A DNA stretch of 60,770 nucleotides, taken from positions 12,177-72,946 of the forward strand of contig CAYJTP010000003.1 in assembly GCA_964373175.1 (NCBI GenBank), read 5' to 3'. A program made the position numbers and the translations under genes. Below are positions 58,327 to 60,770 of the stretch, piece by piece. Below the pieces are notes generated by a model. That model was not told the DNA's origin, ran no database searches, and saw nothing but the letters and a program-made list of their open reading frames with translations. Origin of the DNA: an uncultured Planctomycetales bacterium. Its GTDB lineage: Bacteria; Omnitrophota; Gorgyraeia; Aquiviventales; Aquiviventaceae. The first letter of the stretch is position 1. Each line of letters begins with the position of its first letter.

Positions 58327-60770
58327 ATGGCTGAACACCTCAAGACAGGCGGTCGCTTGACGGTGACACCGACGGCTCCACGGGTGCTCCACGAGGAGCC
58401 CGCTGACGGGAAGACGGAGCAAGGCGTATCCGTCCCGCGTCGGTGGACCCGAGCCGGCATTCATCCCTTCGATGAGGTGCCCTGGGAACTGCGCACCGCC
58501 TCGATCGCCAACGAGAAGGGCGAGGTGGTATTCGAGCAGAAGGATGTGGAAGTCCCCAATTTTTATTCCCAGCTGGCGACCAATGTCGTCGTCTCCAAGT
58601 ACTTCCGGGGTGCCCTCGGCACGCCTCAGCGAGAGCGCAGCCTCAAGCAGCTCATCAGCCGGGTTGCGAACACCATCGCCGAGTGGGGGATCAAGGATGG
58701 GTATTTCGCGACGCCCGAGGATGCCGAGGCCTTTCGTGCGGAGTTGATCTACCTCCTCCTGCACCAATACGCCGCGTTCAATTCCCCCGTGTGGTTCAAC
58801 GTCGGCATTGAGCCCCGCCCGCAGTGCAGCGCCTGTTTCATCCTCTCGGTGGACGACACGATGGATTCGATCCTGGAGTGGTACCGCAATGAGGGGATGA
58901 TCTTTAAGTTTGGGTCGGGCTCAGGGGTGAACGTGTCACCCATTCGGTCCTCGCGCGAACGGCTCGCTGGTGGGGGCACGGCCTCAGGGCCCGTGTCGTT
59001 CATGAAAGCGGCCGATGCCTCAGCCGGGGTCATCAAGAGCGGGGGCAAGACGCGCCGGGCGGCCAAGATGGTCGTCATGAACGCCGAGCATCCCGACATC
59101 AAACCGTTCATCCTCTGTAAGTGGAAGGAAGAGGAGAAAGCCCACAAGTTGATCGACTTGGGCTACGATGCCTCAATCGACGGGGAGGCGTACTCCTCGG
59201 TGTTCTTCCAGAACGCGAACAACTCCGTCCGGGTGACCGATGAGTTCATGCGGCGGGCCCTCAACGATGAGGACTGGGAGCTCCGGGCCGTCACGACCGG
59301 CGAGGTGATCGAGCGCGTGAAGGCCAGAGACTTGTTGCGGCTCATCGCCGAGGCCACCTGGCACTGCGGCGATCCGGGGATGCAGTTTGACACGACGATC
59401 AATGACTGGCACACCTGTCCCAACACCGGTCGGATCAACGCGAGCAACCCGTGTTTTACGGGAGACGCACGCGTCTACACCGACAAGGGCCTCATTCCAT
59501 TCAAGGAACTGTACGAACGCTCGCAACTGGGCGAGACCTTTCGGGTCTTCACGCACGATCAGGCCAATCCGGATCAGCCGATGCCGACCGTGAGTGCCAC
59601 AAAGCCCACACGGGTCATGTGCACAGGGACCAACGAGGTCTATCGGCTTCGGTTTTCGAACGGGGTTGAAGTGAAAGCAACCGCGAACCACCGATTCTTC
59701 ACGACGAATCGGGGTATGGTGGCCGCGAAAGACTTGAAGCTGACCGACGAAGTCATGCTGCTTGACCAGCCAGTCGAGTTGCTCTCCGCTTCTCTTGCTA
59801 TTGATTTGGATGACGCGTCTATTTTTGTAAGCGGCTGGGGCGGCCGTGACACGAAAGAGCACAAGCCGGTTCAATTACCTCGGGTATGGACGTCTCGATT
59901 GGCGGAGTACGTGGGCTATCTCGTTGGTGATGGAAGTGTGGTAGAAGCTACTGACGCCGAGCACCGCTTGAGTACCGCCTCGGTTGTTTTTGGCGACGAG
60001 TCGGAGGCTGACGAACTGACTCCACATTTTGAACAGGTCTTCGCCGACATGGGCGTCACCCAGACACAAACAGTGACGATGCCGAACGGAACGGTGCAGT
60101 TTCGGGTGAATCGCACGCCTGTGGTGCGATTCCTGAAACAATTGGGCGTGTGTGAATGTAGAGCCCATGAGAAGCGAGCCCCACGCACGATCTTCCAAAC
60201 GCCGACTCACATCATCGCCGCGTTCCTGCGGGGATTGTTTACCGCGGATGGGTGTGTCTATGACGGCAGGACAAGTCGGTACGTCGGACTGGGTAGCACC
60301 TCATCTCAGCTTCTCAAAGAGGTCCAGCAGCTTTTGCTTCTCTTCGGAATTCGCAGCCGTTTCTATCGCATCTCTGGTGAAAGAAAAAAGTTCTCATACA
60401 CGAAGAAAGACGGCACATATGTTAAATACACGTCGAAGCCGCTTTACGACCTCCGAATTAGCGGCCCATCGATCGTTCATTTCAAGGAGCACATTGGTTT
60501 CTTGACGACCCAGAAGCAGGCGAAGCTCGATCAGCTCCTCGCGACTCATGAGTTCTACCGAGATGGCATCACAACTCGACTCGCTGAAAAGGCTCACCTT
60601 GACTCCGAGCCTACATACAATTTGACGGAGCCAAAGAACCACAGCTACATCGTGAACGGACTTGTTGTAGCGAACTGCTCAGAATATATGCACTTAGATA
60701 ATTCCGCCTGCAACTTGGCCAGCGTCAACCTCTTGAAATTCCTCGACGATGACGGCAACTTCCTGATCGA
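58327..60770 (+). CDS. nrdJ: adenosylcobalamin-dependent (class II) ribonucleotide reductase, 5' partial, interrupted by an intein
   Basis: Open to the window end, so absent from the ORF track. ...VVFEQKDVEVPNFYSQLATNVVVSKYFRG...GSGSGVN.S.IRS...GRINASNP[intein]CSEYMHLDNSACNLASVNL. Confidence 0.9.
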   Translation, partial: MAEHLKTGGRLTVTPTAPRVLHEEPADGKTEQGVSVPRRWTRAGIHPFDEVPWELRTASIANEKGEVVFEQKDVEVPNFYSQLATNVVVSKYFRGALGTPQRERSLKQLISRVANTIAEWGIKDGYFATPEDAEAFRAELIYLLLHQYAAFNSPVWFNVGIEPRPQCSACFILSVDDTMDSILEWYRNEGMIFKFGSGSGVNVSPIRSSRERLAGGGTASGPVSFMKAADASAGVIKSGGKTRRAAKMVVMNAEHPDIKPFILCKWKEEEKAHKLIDLGYDASIDGEAYSSVFFQNANNSVRVTDEFMRRALNDEDWELRAVTTGEVIERVKARDLLRLIAEATWHCGDPGMQFDTTINDWHTCPNTGRINASNPCFTGDARVYTDKGLIPFKELYERSQLGETFRVFTHDQANPDQPMPTVSATKPTRVMCTGTNEVYRLRFSNGVEVKATANHRFFTTNRGMVAAKDLKLTDEVMLLDQPVELLSASLAIDLDDASIFVSGWGGRDTKEHKPVQLPRVWTSRLAEYVGYLVGDGSVVEATDAEHRLSTASVVFGDESEADELTPHFEQVFADMGVTQTQTVTMPNGTVQFRVNRTPVVRFLKQLGVCECRAHEKRAPRTIFQTPTHIIAAFLRGLFTADGCVYDGRTSRYVGLGSTSSQLLKEVQQLLLLFGIRSRFYRISGERKKFSYTKKDGTYVKYTSKPLYDLRISGPSIVHFKEHIGFLTTQKQAKLDQLLATHEFYRDGITTRLAEKAHLDSEPTYNLTEPKNHSYIVNGLVVANCSEYMHLDNSACNLASVNLLKFLDDDGNFLI
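59452..60675 (+). mobile_element. 408-aa intein with LAGLIDADG homing endonuclease, inserted at the catalytic-Cys NPCSEY motif
   Basis: Block A CFTGDARV and block B TANHRF. DOD motifs YLVGDGSV and GLFTADGCV. C-terminus IVNGLVVAN followed by extein Cys. In frame. AT-richer than the exteins. Confidence 0.88.

Noticed and set aside
57445-58767. 440-aa ORF on the minus strand spanning htpX, the BatD-like gene and the nrdJ 5' end
   Set aside because: It lies antisense to three well-supported genes and has Arg/Gly/Pro-rich low-complexity composition. This is a typical shadow ORF in GC-rich DNA.

Overview
This 60.8-kb window is GC-rich (about 60% by eye) and comes from the chromosome of a diderm bacterium. 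It is packed almost end to end with housekeeping genes. They include glyA-nrdR and hisG, a split transketolase, ispE-spoVG-tRNA(Gln)-glmU-prs-rplY-pth, rpsF-ssb-rpsR-rplI-dnaB, bamA-skp-lpxC/fabZ-lpxA-lpxI, glpK-glpD, ispH, tldD-pmbA and htpX. A B12-type ribonucleotide reductase (nrdJ) carrying an intein runs off the 3' end. No CRISPR array, prophage, rRNA or classical defence island was seen. The unusual content is a very dense population of small structured repeats. (1) Six intergenic cassettes are bracketed by the same 12-nt inverted repeat, and in each one the right arm ends exactly on the start codon of the next gene. (2) A CCCGCCC-TTTG palindrome family is inserted in frame into ispE (with a 5-bp target duplication) and rplY. 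(3) A superfamily of hairpins has arms that are tandem 7-9 nt 'words'. Several of these are flanked by direct duplications of promoter or RBS sequence, and some supply signal-peptide codons. Other notable items:
- a duplicated PilX-like pilus/adhesin locus with a 94-bp perfect repeat and Cys/Thr hexapeptide arrays
- an HTH-LAGLIDADG ORF that reads through tRNA-Gln
- a SpoVG with a zinc-ribbon insert
- a 3'-5' exonuclease fused to a WYL domain
- an unannotated 29-codon bS22-like ORF
All functional calls come from reading the translated ORFs and motifs by eye. No database search was run.
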